NCBI RefSeq assembly: GCF_020969955.1
Contig: NZ_JAHDSX010000011.1
Location: 32,398 to 64,397, forward strand
Reading direction: 5' to 3'
From: Allobaculum fili
Lineage (GTDB): Bacteria; Bacillota_I; Bacilli_A; Erysipelotrichales; Erysipelotrichaceae
DNA: 32,000 nucleotides
Of this stretch, positions 24,691-32,000 are shown piece by piece; within the stretch, counting starts at the first letter, position 1, and every line of letters begins with the position of its first letter. A program made the translations under genes and the position numbers. Below the pieces are notes generated by a model. The model was not told where the DNA came from, searched no databases, and saw nothing but the letters and a program-made list of their open reading frames with translations.

Positions 24691-26151
24691 CTAGCGCTTC
24701 TGCGGTTCGTAGGTAACCTGAATGCCCAGCGAATTGTAGGTGTTCAGATCCGTATCGGCCAGATCGCCGCAGATGTGCGCCTGGGTTCCGCGCAGCTTGG
24801 GCAGCTGTTCGAGCGCCATGGCGGCTTCCGGATTGTTCTGAGCCGAGAGCGACAGGGCGATCAGCGTTTCAAACGTGTGAAGGCGCGGGTTGATGGAACC
24901 CATGTATTCGGTTTTGAGATTCTGGATTGGGCGGAAGGCTTCCGGTTCAATGAGCAGGTGGGAATCTTCAATACCGGCCAGTTTCTTAATGGCGTTCATC
25001 ACCAGACCGGCGGACGGACCCATGAAATCGTTATTGGCTGAGCCGATCATTGTGCCGTCATCCAGCTCCAGAGCGCCGCAGGGCACTTTACGAACGGCAG
25101 CACGGTCACGGGCGGCTTTGACGCATTTGCGGTCTTCCGGCGTGATCTGGCATTTCTGCAGAAGCATTTCCTGACGCTGCAGTTCATCCTGACCGCATTC
25201 GTCGAGCAGGAAGCGGGTGCGGCTTGCAAAATAGCGGCGGACAATTTCCTGAATAGCGGCTTCGCGCACGGCCTGGTCATCGTAAATGCAGAAACCGACC
25301 ATGTTGACGCCCATATCCGTCGGGGAATTGTAAGGAGACGAGCCGTAAATTTCTTCAAACATCTTTTTGAGAACCGGGAAAATTTCAATGTCGCGGTTGT
25401 AGTTGATGGCGACTTTGCCGTACGCCTCGAAATGGAACGGGTCGATCATGTTCTTGTCATCGAGATCGGCAGTCGCCGCTTCATACGCTTCATTGACCGG
25501 ATGATTCAGCGGCAGCGACCATACCGGGAACGTTTCAAACTTGGCGTAGCCCGCTTTGATGCCGCGCTGGTTTTCATGGTAAAGCTGGGAAAGACATGTT
25601 GCCATTTTTCCCGAACCGGGACCTGGCGCCGTAACGACAACGAGCTGACGCTCGGTTTCGATGTAGTCGTTCTTGCCAAAACCGTCCTTGGAAATAATGT
25701 GGCGGGTATCCGTTGGATAGCCTTCAATTACATAGTGGTAGTACACCTTGATGTTTTTCTTGTGCAGCTGGCGTTTCAGTTTCTGGGCACTCTTCTGTCC
25801 GGAATACTGGGTAATTACGACCGAGCTGACAAAAAGGCCGGCTTTCTGGAACTCTTCAATCAGACGAAGAACGTCCTGATCGTAGGAAATCTGCAGGTCC
25901 TCACGGATTTTCGCCGCTTCAATATCCTTGGCGGAAATGGCGATGACCACTTCGGCTTCATCCTTTAATTCCAGCAGCATCTGCAGCTTGGAATCCGGCT
26001 GGAATCCCGGCAGAACGCGGCTCGCGTGAAAATCATCAAAAAGCTTTCCTCCGAATTCGAGGTACAGCTTGCCTCCAAAAGAATCAATCCGCTTTCGAAT
26101 CTGATCGGACTGAATTTTCAAATATTCATTATTATCAAAACCCTGTTTCAT
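24691..26151 (-). CDS. UPF0371 / DUF1846 family protein
   Basis: The N-terminus MKQGFDNNEYLKIQSDQIRKRI..LYLEFGGKLFDDFHASRVLPGF.PD.K is characteristic of the family. I trimmed the start from 26328 to ATG 26151, which is preceded by GGGAGG. Confidence 0.85.
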   Translation of the reverse strand: MKQGFDNNEYLKIQSDQIRKRIDSFGGKLYLEFGGKLFDDFHASRVLPGFQPDSKLQMLLELKDEAEVVIAISAKDIEAAKIREDLQISYDQDVLRLIEEFQKAGLFVSSVVITQYSGQKSAQKLKRQLHKKNIKVYYHYVIEGYPTDTRHIISKDGFGKNDYIETERQLVVVTAPGPGSGKMATCLSQLYHENQRGIKAGYAKFETFPVWSLPLNHPVNEAYEAATADLDDKNMIDPFHFEAYGKVAINYNRDIEIFPVLKKMFEEIYGSSPYNSPTDMGVNMVGFCIYDDQAVREAAIQEIVRRYFASRTRFLLDECGQDELQRQEMLLQKCQITPEDRKCVKAARDRAAVRKVPCGALELDDGTMIGSANNDFMGPSAGLVMNAIKKLAGIEDSHLLIEPEAFRPIQNLKTEYMGSINPRLHTFETLIALSLSAQNNPEAAMALEQLPKLRGTQAHICGDLADTDLNTYNSLGIQVTYEPQKR

Positions 26152-26176
26152 GTTTTCGCCTCCCGTTTTCAGCTTG

Positions 26177-26185
26177 ATTGTAGCA
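26177..26185 (-). promoter_or_regulatory. Candidate extended -10 promoter for the UPF0371 gene
   Basis: The minus strand reads TGcTACAAT, about 25 nt upstream of the ATG. Confidence 0.4.
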
Positions 26186-26355
26186 CAAGAAAAGAGTGCT
26201 GATTTTCTGGAAAGTCTGTGTGCCCTTTCCTGCGTCCATCCGCTTGAATCTGCCCTTTTTTTCGCCTCGTGTAAAGCCGAAGCCGTCTGTCGACGGCAGG
26301 CTTCCGGGGCCGGACTTGAAAGGTTCATCTTTCGTTGTCACAATATCGGAAGACC

Positions 26356-28278
26356 ATGAACAACCGTACCTATCCGCCGATTCATAAGGCGCTGAAAAAA
26401 TATTATGGCTATGACGAATTCCGTCCGGGACAGATCGATCTGATCTGCGCGCTCTTAGACGGCCGCGATGTGCTGGGCATTATGCCGACCGGCGCAGGCA
26501 AGTCGGTGTGCTACCAGATCCCGGCGGTTTTTCTTCCGGGAATCACGCTGGTCATTTCGCCGCTGATCTCGCTGATGAAAGACCAGGTTGCCGCGCTGAA
26601 CCAGGCCGGCATTCCCGCCGCGTTTCTGAACAGCTCGCTCAATTCCGGCCAGTATCGCAAAGCCCTCTATTTCGCTTCGCAGGGCCGCTACAAAATCATT
26701 TATGTGGCACCGGAACGTCTGTTAACGCCCGCCTTTTTAAACTTTGCGCAGTCGATGAACATTTCCATGATCGCGGTCGATGAAGCGCACTGCGTGTCGC
26801 AGTGGGGCCAGAACTTCCGTCCCAGCTATCTCGACATTGCCGAATTCGCGCAGAAGCTGCCGAAACGCCCGATTCTCGCGGCGTTTACCGCCACAGCCAC
26901 CGGACCGGTCAAGGACGATATCCTTCACATGTTAAATCTGAAGGATCCAAAACTTCTCGTCACCGGTTTTGACCGGCCAAACCTGTATTTTGAAGTGCAG
27001 CAGCCCCGCGACAAGATGAAAGCCATCCAGTATTATCTTGAGGAGCATCCCGGCCAGAGCGGCATCATCTACTGCCAGACACGCAAGGAAACCGAAGAAG
27101 TCGCGCAGGCGCTCTGCGAAGCCGGCTTCCCATGCACCCGCTATCATGCCGGACTCGATGATACGGAACGCTCCCGCAACCAGGACGATTTCCAGTTTGA
27201 CAGGGTTCCGCTCATTGCGGCGACCTCCGCGTTTGGCATGGGCATCAACAAGTCGAACGTGCGCTTTGTCATTCACTATTCCCTGCCCCAGTCGCTTGAA
27301 AACTACTATCAGGAAGCGGGCCGTGCCGGACGCGACGGCGCTCCGGCGGAATGCATTTTACTGTTCGCGCCGGCCGACATCATGGTCAGCAAGTTTCTGA
27401 TTGAATGCTCCAACGAAGACAATCCCGATCAGGAGCGGCGCGATCTGCACCGTCTGAACCAGATGGTCGACTACTGCAAGACGACCGCCTGCCTGCGCGC
27501 GACCATTCTTTCCTATTTTGGCGAAACGTCTGCGGGCACCTGCGACAACTGTTCCAACTGCAAAGGCGAATGGGAAGACGAAGACATTTCCCAGGAAGCG
27601 GCGAAAATTTCCAAGGCGATCGACGCGATGCCCCGCGCCTACGGTCTCAATACCGTGCGCGATTTTCTTGCCGGCGCCAGTACGAAAAAAATCCGGGAAG
27701 CGTATCTCGATCACGTCGAAGGCTACGGCAGTCTGAAAAATCTGTCGAAAGAGCAGATTGCCTCGCTTCTCGAAAGTCTGATCATGAAAGGCTATCTGCA
27801 GCGCTCATCCGATCGCTGGCAGGTCATTTACGGCAGCCGTAAACTCCGCGAAGATTTAAAAAAGGGCACACTGATTACGATGCGCCGTCCCAAACGGCAC
27901 TCCCTGCCGGAAGGCTCGCGGACGGGCACAAACCGTTCCGCCAGCCGGTCCGCACTTTCGAATACTTCGCGTTCAATTGCCTCTTCCCTCTCTTCCCCTG
28001 GCGATTCTGCCGACGCGTTCGATACCGCTCTCTTTGACCGGCTCCGACAGAAGCGACTGGATCTAGCCAAAGCCCGCGGTCTTCCGCCGTATATCATTTT
28101 CTCGGATGCCACGCTCATGGCGATGGCACGGGAAATGCCGCTTTCCGAAGACGAATTCATGGCCATCAACGGGGTCGGCCAGATCAAGTTCGAACGGTAT
28201 GGAAAAGCCTTCCTCGGCGTCATTCAGGACTTCCTTTCCAAAGACGCGGGCGAAACCGGCACGGACACCGACAACTGA
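26356..28278 (+). CDS. recQ: ATP-dependent DNA helicase RecQ (helicase, RQC zinc-binding and HRDC domains)
   Basis: Family blocks FRPGQ, MPTGAGKS, DEAHCVSQWGQNFRPSY, TATA and YYQEAGRAGRDG are present, with the Cys cluster C..C..CDNCSNC and a C-terminal HRDC (..RGLPPYIIFSDATLMAMA..GVG..K..YG). It starts at ATG 26356; the ORF track uses the TTG at 26335. Confidence 0.92.
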   Translation: MNNRTYPPIHKALKKYYGYDEFRPGQIDLICALLDGRDVLGIMPTGAGKSVCYQIPAVFLPGITLVISPLISLMKDQVAALNQAGIPAAFLNSSLNSGQYRKALYFASQGRYKIIYVAPERLLTPAFLNFAQSMNISMIAVDEAHCVSQWGQNFRPSYLDIAEFAQKLPKRPILAAFTATATGPVKDDILHMLNLKDPKLLVTGFDRPNLYFEVQQPRDKMKAIQYYLEEHPGQSGIIYCQTRKETEEVAQALCEAGFPCTRYHAGLDDTERSRNQDDFQFDRVPLIAATSAFGMGINKSNVRFVIHYSLPQSLENYYQEAGRAGRDGAPAECILLFAPADIMVSKFLIECSNEDNPDQERRDLHRLNQMVDYCKTTACLRATILSYFGETSAGTCDNCSNCKGEWEDEDISQEAAKISKAIDAMPRAYGLNTVRDFLAGASTKKIREAYLDHVEGYGSLKNLSKEQIASLLESLIMKGYLQRSSDRWQVIYGSRKLREDLKKGTLITMRRPKRHSLPEGSRTGTNRSASRSALSNTSRSIASSLSSPGDSADAFDTALFDRLRQKRLDLAKARGLPPYIIFSDATLMAMAREMPLSEDEFMAINGVGQIKFERYGKAFLGVIQDFLSKDAGETGTDTDN

Positions 28279-28310
28279 TCCCAAAAAGCAGGAAGCGAAT
28301 AAACAAAGAA

Positions 28311-28397
28311 CAGAAAAAACGAAGCGCTCTCGAAAGCCGGGGACAGACATCCAAGTCGTTCGCTCTTTTGAAGCCGCTTCGTTTTCTTTTTGTTTTC
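28311..28397. terminator. Possible bidirectional terminator between convergent recQ and dapH
   Basis: 11-bp stem aaaacgaagcg (28316-28326) / cgcttcgtttt (28375-28385), flanked by an A-run upstream and TTTTCTTTTTGTTTT downstream. The 48-nt loop is unusually large, so the fold is uncertain. Confidence 0.35.
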
Positions 28398-28542
28398 GTA
28401 ATCTTATTTCGTAATCTTACTGGTTTTTATTTGAAGATCTGGGATTTTTCCAATTCACGCAGCCAGGTCACATGACGGAAGATTTGCCTGCGACAAAACG
28501 CTCTCTATTCCGCAAACGTCCTCTAAATCTAAAGCGCTATCG

Positions 28543-29226
28543 CTATAAAGTGCGCAGGGCGTCGACCAGAGCCGTTTTTGCGGCGGCCTTTTCATCTTTC
28601 TGCTTGATGATTCGAGCCGGGCAGCCGGCAACGACCGCATAGGGCGGGACATCTTCAATGACGATCGCCCCGGCGGCAACAACCGCATCGTGTCCGATGC
28701 GTACGCCTTCGATCACGACCGCGTTGGCCCCGATCAAAACGTTGTCTTCCACGACAACCGGAACGGCGCTTGCCGGTTCAATTACACCGGCAAGAACGGC
28801 GCCGGCACCGATATGACAGTGCGCGCCGACGGTTGCACGCCCGCCCAGAATGGCGCCCATGTCGATCATCGTTCCTTCACCGACGATTGCGCCAATGTTC
28901 AGGATGGCACCCATCATAATGACAGCGTTTTTTTCGATCGTTACCCCTTCGCGGATCAGCGCGCCCGGTTCAATGCGCGCGTCGATTTCCTTGAAGTCCA
29001 GCAGCGGGATCGCCGAATTGCGCCGGTCAAATTCCACGACGCAGTCTTCCAGCTCTTCGGCATGGGCCTCCAAAATCGGCGCGATCGTTTTCCATTCGCC
29101 AAAAACGATGTTTCCAAACGTACGGCAGCCGGGAAAATCGATTTCTCTGGCGGCTTTGTAGTAGACGCGGACCGGGGATTTCTTTTCCGAGGTCGCGATG
29201 CGTTCAATGATTTCCTGCGCGTTCAC
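28543..29226 (-). CDS. dapH: 2,3,4,5-tetrahydropyridine-2,6-dicarboxylate N-acetyltransferase
   Basis: 227 aa with a DapH-type N-terminal domain and hexapeptide repeats (..[58 protein letters not shown]..). The GTG start overlaps the dapB stop (GTGA). Confidence 0.88.
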   Translation of the reverse strand: MNAQEIIERIATSEKKSPVRVYYKAAREIDFPGCRTFGNIVFGEWKTIAPILEAHAEELEDCVVEFDRRNSAIPLLDFKEIDARIEPGALIREGVTIEKNAVIMMGAILNIGAIVGEGTMIDMGAILGGRATVGAHCHIGAGAVLAGVIEPASAVPVVVEDNVLIGANAVVIEGVRIGHDAVVAAGAIVIEDVPPYAVVAGCPARIIKQKDEKAAAKTALVDALRTL

Positions 29227-29936
29227 GAACGGTCTCCGATCAGCTCTTTCATCGAATACAGACCGGTCGGTTTGTTTTCCATGAATTCGGCAGCATCGAG
29301 TGCGCCATTGACAAAGATCTGACGATTTTGCGCGCTGTGGGAAATTCGAATCGTTTCCTGATCGCCCAGAAACAGAATTTCATGATCGCCGGCGGCGCTT
29401 CCGCCACGCAGCGCGTGAATGCCGATTTCCTTCTTGCGCGGACCCGGTTTTCCATGCCGGCCAAAGACATGTTCGTATTCGTTTTGCGGATCGATGGCTT
29501 CCAGTAAAGACAGCGCCGTTCCGCTGGGCGCGTCGGCTTTCTGGCTGTGATGGAGTTCAACGATTTCCTTATCCCACGAGTCCAGAATAGCGGCTGCACG
29601 CGCAGCCAGATCCTTGAGGACGGCTACACCCAGCGAATAGTTGGACGAAAAGAAGACCGGACGTGTTTTCGCTTCGTCTTCAATGCGCTCAAGCTGTTCG
29701 TCTGTATAGCCGGTCGTTCCCAGAACCAGAGCGGTACTGGGATTTGCGGCCTGTTCCAGAATGAAATCCAGATTGTTCGGATGGGAAAAATCGATGATCA
29801 GATCGAGATCCTCCCTGGCCGCCAGTACGCGATCCGGATCCAGGCAATCGCCCATGACGACGTCATGACCGCGGCGCTTGGCTTCTTCTTTTAGCAGGGA
29901 GCCCATGCGTCCCTGTCCGATAACGGCGATTTTCAT
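29223..29936 (-). CDS. dapB: 4-hydroxy-tetrahydrodipicolinate reductase
   Basis: N-terminal Rossmann motif [12 protein letters not shown], and the block ..ELHH..K.DAPSGTA... I trimmed the start from 29999 to ATG 29936, which overlaps the dapA stop (ATGA). Confidence 0.88.
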   Translation of the reverse strand: MKIAVIGQGRMGSLLKEEAKRRGHDVVMGDCLDPDRVLAAREDLDLIIDFSHPNNLDFILEQAANPSTALVLGTTGYTDEQLERIEDEAKTRPVFFSSNYSLGVAVLKDLAARAAAILDSWDKEIVELHHSQKADAPSGTALSLLEAIDPQNEYEHVFGRHGKPGPRKKEIGIHALRGGSAAGDHEILFLGDQETIRISHSAQNRQIFVNGALDAAEFMENKPTGLYSMKELIGDRS

Positions 29937-30820
29937 AACAGACCCGCCTCTTTCATGCTTGCGGCGAGCGCTTCGCGGTTCTTTTCGTCCATCGGGCAAA
30001 GCGGCAGACGGTATCCGCCGACACCCATGCCCATCAGGTTCATAGCTTCCTTTACCGGAATCGGATTGACTTCAATAAAGAGCTTGTGGATCAGATCAAG
30101 ATAGCGCAGCTGCAGATCCAGGGATTTTTTCACATCGCCATCCAGGAACGCCCGGACCAGATCGTGCGTTTCTTCCGGCAAAATATCCGCGAGAACGCTG
30201 ATGACGCCCGAGGCGCCCAGCGACAGCATTGGCACGATGATGTCGTCGTTTCCCGAATACATCTTGAAATCTTCACCGACGAATTTCGCGATGTTCATCG
30301 CGTAGGACAGGCTGCCGCTGGCTTCCTTAATGCCCTGAATCATCGGATGGTGCGAGAGCTCTTCCACGACATCGACCGGAATGTTCACGCCGGTACGGCC
30401 GGGAATGTTATAGAGGATGATCGGAATGTTGACGTTGTCCGCACTCAGCTTGAAGTGGTCGATCAGCCCCTGACGGTTGGCCTTATTGTAGTAGGGCGAA
30501 ATGAGCAGAAGCGCATCCGCACCCATGCGTTCGTATTTCAGCGATTTTTCCAGCTGCGTATGGGAGTCGTTGCTTCCGGCGCCGACAATAATCGGAATGC
30601 GGCCGTCCGCCTGTTCGATGGCGACGCGAACGACATCATCGTCTTCCCAGTGTGTCATCGTACTGGATTCGCCTGTGGTGCCCAGAATGAGAATGCCATC
30701 GGTTTTATGCGCGATATGCCATTCAATCAGTTCTCTGAGCTTGTCAAAATTTACACTTCCGTTTTCCGAAAACGGTGTGATGAGAGCAACAATGGATCCT
30801 TCCGGCAGTTTTTTTAACAT
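29933..30820 (-). CDS. dapA: 4-hydroxy-tetrahydrodipicolinate synthase
   Basis: Family blocks ..ALITPF..., ..GTTGES.T.., ..YN.P.RTG.. and the catalytic-lysine region IQGIKEASG are present. I trimmed the start from 30859 to ATG 30820, which is preceded by AGGAG. Confidence 0.9.
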   Translation of the reverse strand: MLKKLPEGSIVALITPFSENGSVNFDKLRELIEWHIAHKTDGILILGTTGESSTMTHWEDDDVVRVAIEQADGRIPIIVGAGSNDSHTQLEKSLKYERMGADALLLISPYYNKANRQGLIDHFKLSADNVNIPIILYNIPGRTGVNIPVDVVEELSHHPMIQGIKEASGSLSYAMNIAKFVGEDFKMYSGNDDIIVPMLSLGASGVISVLADILPEETHDLVRAFLDGDVKKSLDLQLRYLDLIHKLFIEVNPIPVKEAMNLMGMGVGGYRLPLCPMDEKNREALAASMKEAGLL

Positions 30821-30896
30821 AACGTTCTCCTTGTGTCGGGGCCGACTCCAGTCATGCATCGAACAGAATTCTTACACTGTGCCGTCTTTCCTCCAT

Positions 30897-30924
30897 GAAA
30901 AAACGGCGAAGAGTTCTCCGCCGG
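30897..30924 (-). terminator. Expression-platform terminator of the lysine riboswitch
   Basis: The minus strand reads ccggcggag-aa-ctc(tt)cgccg followed by TTTTTTC, immediately 3' of the aptamer and 75 nt before the dapA ATG. Confidence 0.7.
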
Positions 30925-30939
30925 TACATGCCTATGACC

Positions 30940-31100
30940 GCCCGATAGCTCTCCTGCATAAGTATGCAGACAGTCTGTCCGATCTTCTCGAAACAGCCCA
31001 CCTTAAGGCGTGCCCGCCTTTCAGTTCGGCAGATGTGCTCTTTTCTGTTCTCAGACGCCCGCCGGCTCGAACAGAAACGGTCAGATCTGCGACCTCTATC
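30940..31100 (-). promoter_or_regulatory. Lysine riboswitch (L-box) aptamer upstream of dapA-dapB-dapH
   Basis: The minus strand contains the ordered L-box signature blocks: ATAGAGGTCGC (cf. AGAGGTGC/AGAGGCGC), a P2 helix ttctgttc..gaacagaa, GCCGAACTGAAAGGCGGGCACGCC (cf. CUGAAAGGcGaGggCGCC), ACTGTC, and the closing GGAGAGCTATC that pairs with ATAG at the 5' end. Confidence 0.85.
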
Positions 31101-31211
31101 TATGGTCCTTACAATAGACCTTTTTTGAAACCGTTTTGTAAATGCGAAAGAGATTTCTGAAAATAGGATGAAAAATGTCTTTTTCCTCTTACGCTCCTCC
31201 AGAACCGGCCT

Positions 31212-31433
31212 TCAGTCTCTTCGATGCAGCTGCTCCAGAAGGGCATTTTTTCGCTCTTCGCTCACTTCCGGACTGGCGTACACAAAAGCCCAGATCAGTC
31301 GAATCGTATTCCAGTCGACCGGAAGCGCGAAAAGTCCATTTTTCTCGATCCGTTTTGTGAGCTGTTCGACCGCCTCATTGGTCGGATGGGCCAGAATCCC
31401 ATTGCCTGCACGCACCCCATCTGCGCGAAGCAT
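31212..31433 (-). CDS. Hypothetical small protein, possibly the C-terminal part of a longer start-less or disrupted membrane-protein gene
   Basis: The 73-aa ATG ORF has helical, protein-like sequence. Its frame stays open upstream to 31691, through a hydrophobic segment and the 15-nt repeats, with no ATG, GTG or TTG (see findings). The SD before ATG 31433 is weak. Confidence 0.35.
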   Translation of the reverse strand: MLRADGVRAGNGILAHPTNEAVEQLTKRIEKNGLFALPVDWNTIRLIWAFVYASPEVSEERKNALLEQLHRRD

Positions 31434-31540
31434 TCTGCACTTTTTCCACTTTGTAAAACCTGTCAGCGCCGCGCAAATAATGATGGCGCCCAGACATAGT
31501 TCAAAAACAGTCTCTCCCGCACCGTTATAAACGGACAGCG

Positions 31541-31600
31541 AATACGGGTAGATAAAATACGGGTAGATAAAATACGGGTAGATAAAATACGGGTAGATAA
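31541..31600. repeat. Perfect tandem direct repeat, 15 nt x 4 (plus strand AATACGGGTAGATAA)
   Basis: Four identical head-to-tail copies sit at 31541-31555, 31556-31570, 31571-31585 and 31586-31600, with no spacers. Confidence 0.98.
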
Positions 31601-31663
31601 AAAAAGACGCCAGAATGTAAAAAGCAAATACCGCCTCTGAATTTTTCTTCTGAACTGCAGAGA

Positions 31664-31708
31664 AAGCCCCCGAAAGATACTGAATTTTCCTTTATCTTTC
31701 GGGGGCTT
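31664..31708. terminator. 16-bp perfect hairpin; likely terminator of the rRNA operon
   Basis: aagcccccgaaagata (31664-31679) / tatctttcgggggctt (31693-31708) with a 13-nt loop, about 120 nt downstream of the 23S 3' end on the minus strand. The U-tail is weak (ttctct). Confidence 0.6.
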
Positions 31709-31828
31709 GATATTTCTTAGCTTGCAGAAAATGGGTCTTTCAAAAACAAACATCAGTCTTCCAACATAACGATCTAACGCGATCGTTGGTTTCGTAGTGG
31801 CTTCTTGCGTATAGCTTTCTCGAATCTT

Positions 31829-32000
<172 letters not shown>

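Noticed and set aside
28394-28419. Tandem duplication TTTCGTAATCTTA x2 in the recQ/dapH convergent spacer.
   Set aside because: There are only two 13-nt copies in terminator-flanking DNA. This is consistent with a slippage duplication and suggests no function.
31541-31600. Considered whether the 15-nt repeats are a CRISPR array or a type III toxin-antitoxin RNA repeat.
   Set aside because: The copies are contiguous with no spacers, and at 15 nt are far shorter than CRISPR repeats (about 28-37 nt). There are no cas genes. ToxI-like repeats are about 34-36 nt and precede a ~170-aa endoribonuclease gene, which is absent.
31463-31753. 96-aa ORF reading (LSTRI)x4 through the repeat.
   Set aside because: It starts inside the rRNA-downstream spacer, runs straight through the 16-bp terminator hairpin, and is highly basic and hydrophobic. 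It probably appears open only because the repeat lacks stops. The internal TTG/AGAGG start is noted in the findings but is unproven.
31709-31828. Looked for a 5S rRNA or tRNA gene in the spacer after the 23S 3' end.
   Set aside because: There is no 5S core sequence and no tRNA-like T-arm (GGTTCGAATCC) or acceptor structure. Only a short hairpin is present.

Overview
This 32-kb window looks like a core chromosomal segment of a Bacillota (Firmicutes)-type anaerobe. That placement is my inference from gene content: a DapH-type lysine pathway behind an L-box riboswitch, DivIC, UPF0371, and a lipoprotein sugar-binding protein.

I support 24 protein genes, 21 of them on the minus strand, plus the 3' end of a minus-strand 23S rRNA at the right edge. 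This strong co-orientation is typical of leading-strand core genome.

Gene order, left to right:
- DUF362-like fragment (+)
- mglB-mglA-mglC galactose ABC transporter, with an extra small InlB-B-repeat membrane protein
- metG, translationally coupled to a small membrane protein
- RDD-PHP fusion protein
- large secreted low-complexity protein
- dxr
- glgP
- receiver-less OmpR-type winged-helix gene
- divIC/ftsB
- MOP-family flippase and mnmG
- nnr (+)
- two small overlapping hypothetical genes
- UPF0371
- recQ (+)
- dapA-dapB-dapH operon behind a lysine riboswitch
- a small hypothetical ORF
- 23S rRNA 3' end

Several ORF-track entries begin at upstream alternative start codons. I trimmed these to the ATG that has a Shine-Dalgarno sequence and a family-typical N-terminus.

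I saw no CRISPR array, transposase, integrase, tRNA or recognisable defence gene, so most of the window is ordinary housekeeping sequence.

The stretches that annotated features do not explain are:
1. The low-coding interval at 15.95-17.67 kb. It holds an ORF-free ~350-nt unit bracketed by two terminators (a candidate structured RNA), phased T-tracts and several repeat motifs around the orphan winged-helix gene and the glgP promoter.
2. A perfect 15-nt x4 tandem repeat inside a start-less hydrophobic open frame, between a small ORF and the rRNA terminator.
3. A 23S 3' end with no 5S gene after it.
4. A membrane RDD-PHP fusion whose first PHP metal motif is altered.

None of these can be called a new system from sequence alone. 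They are leads with stated tests.
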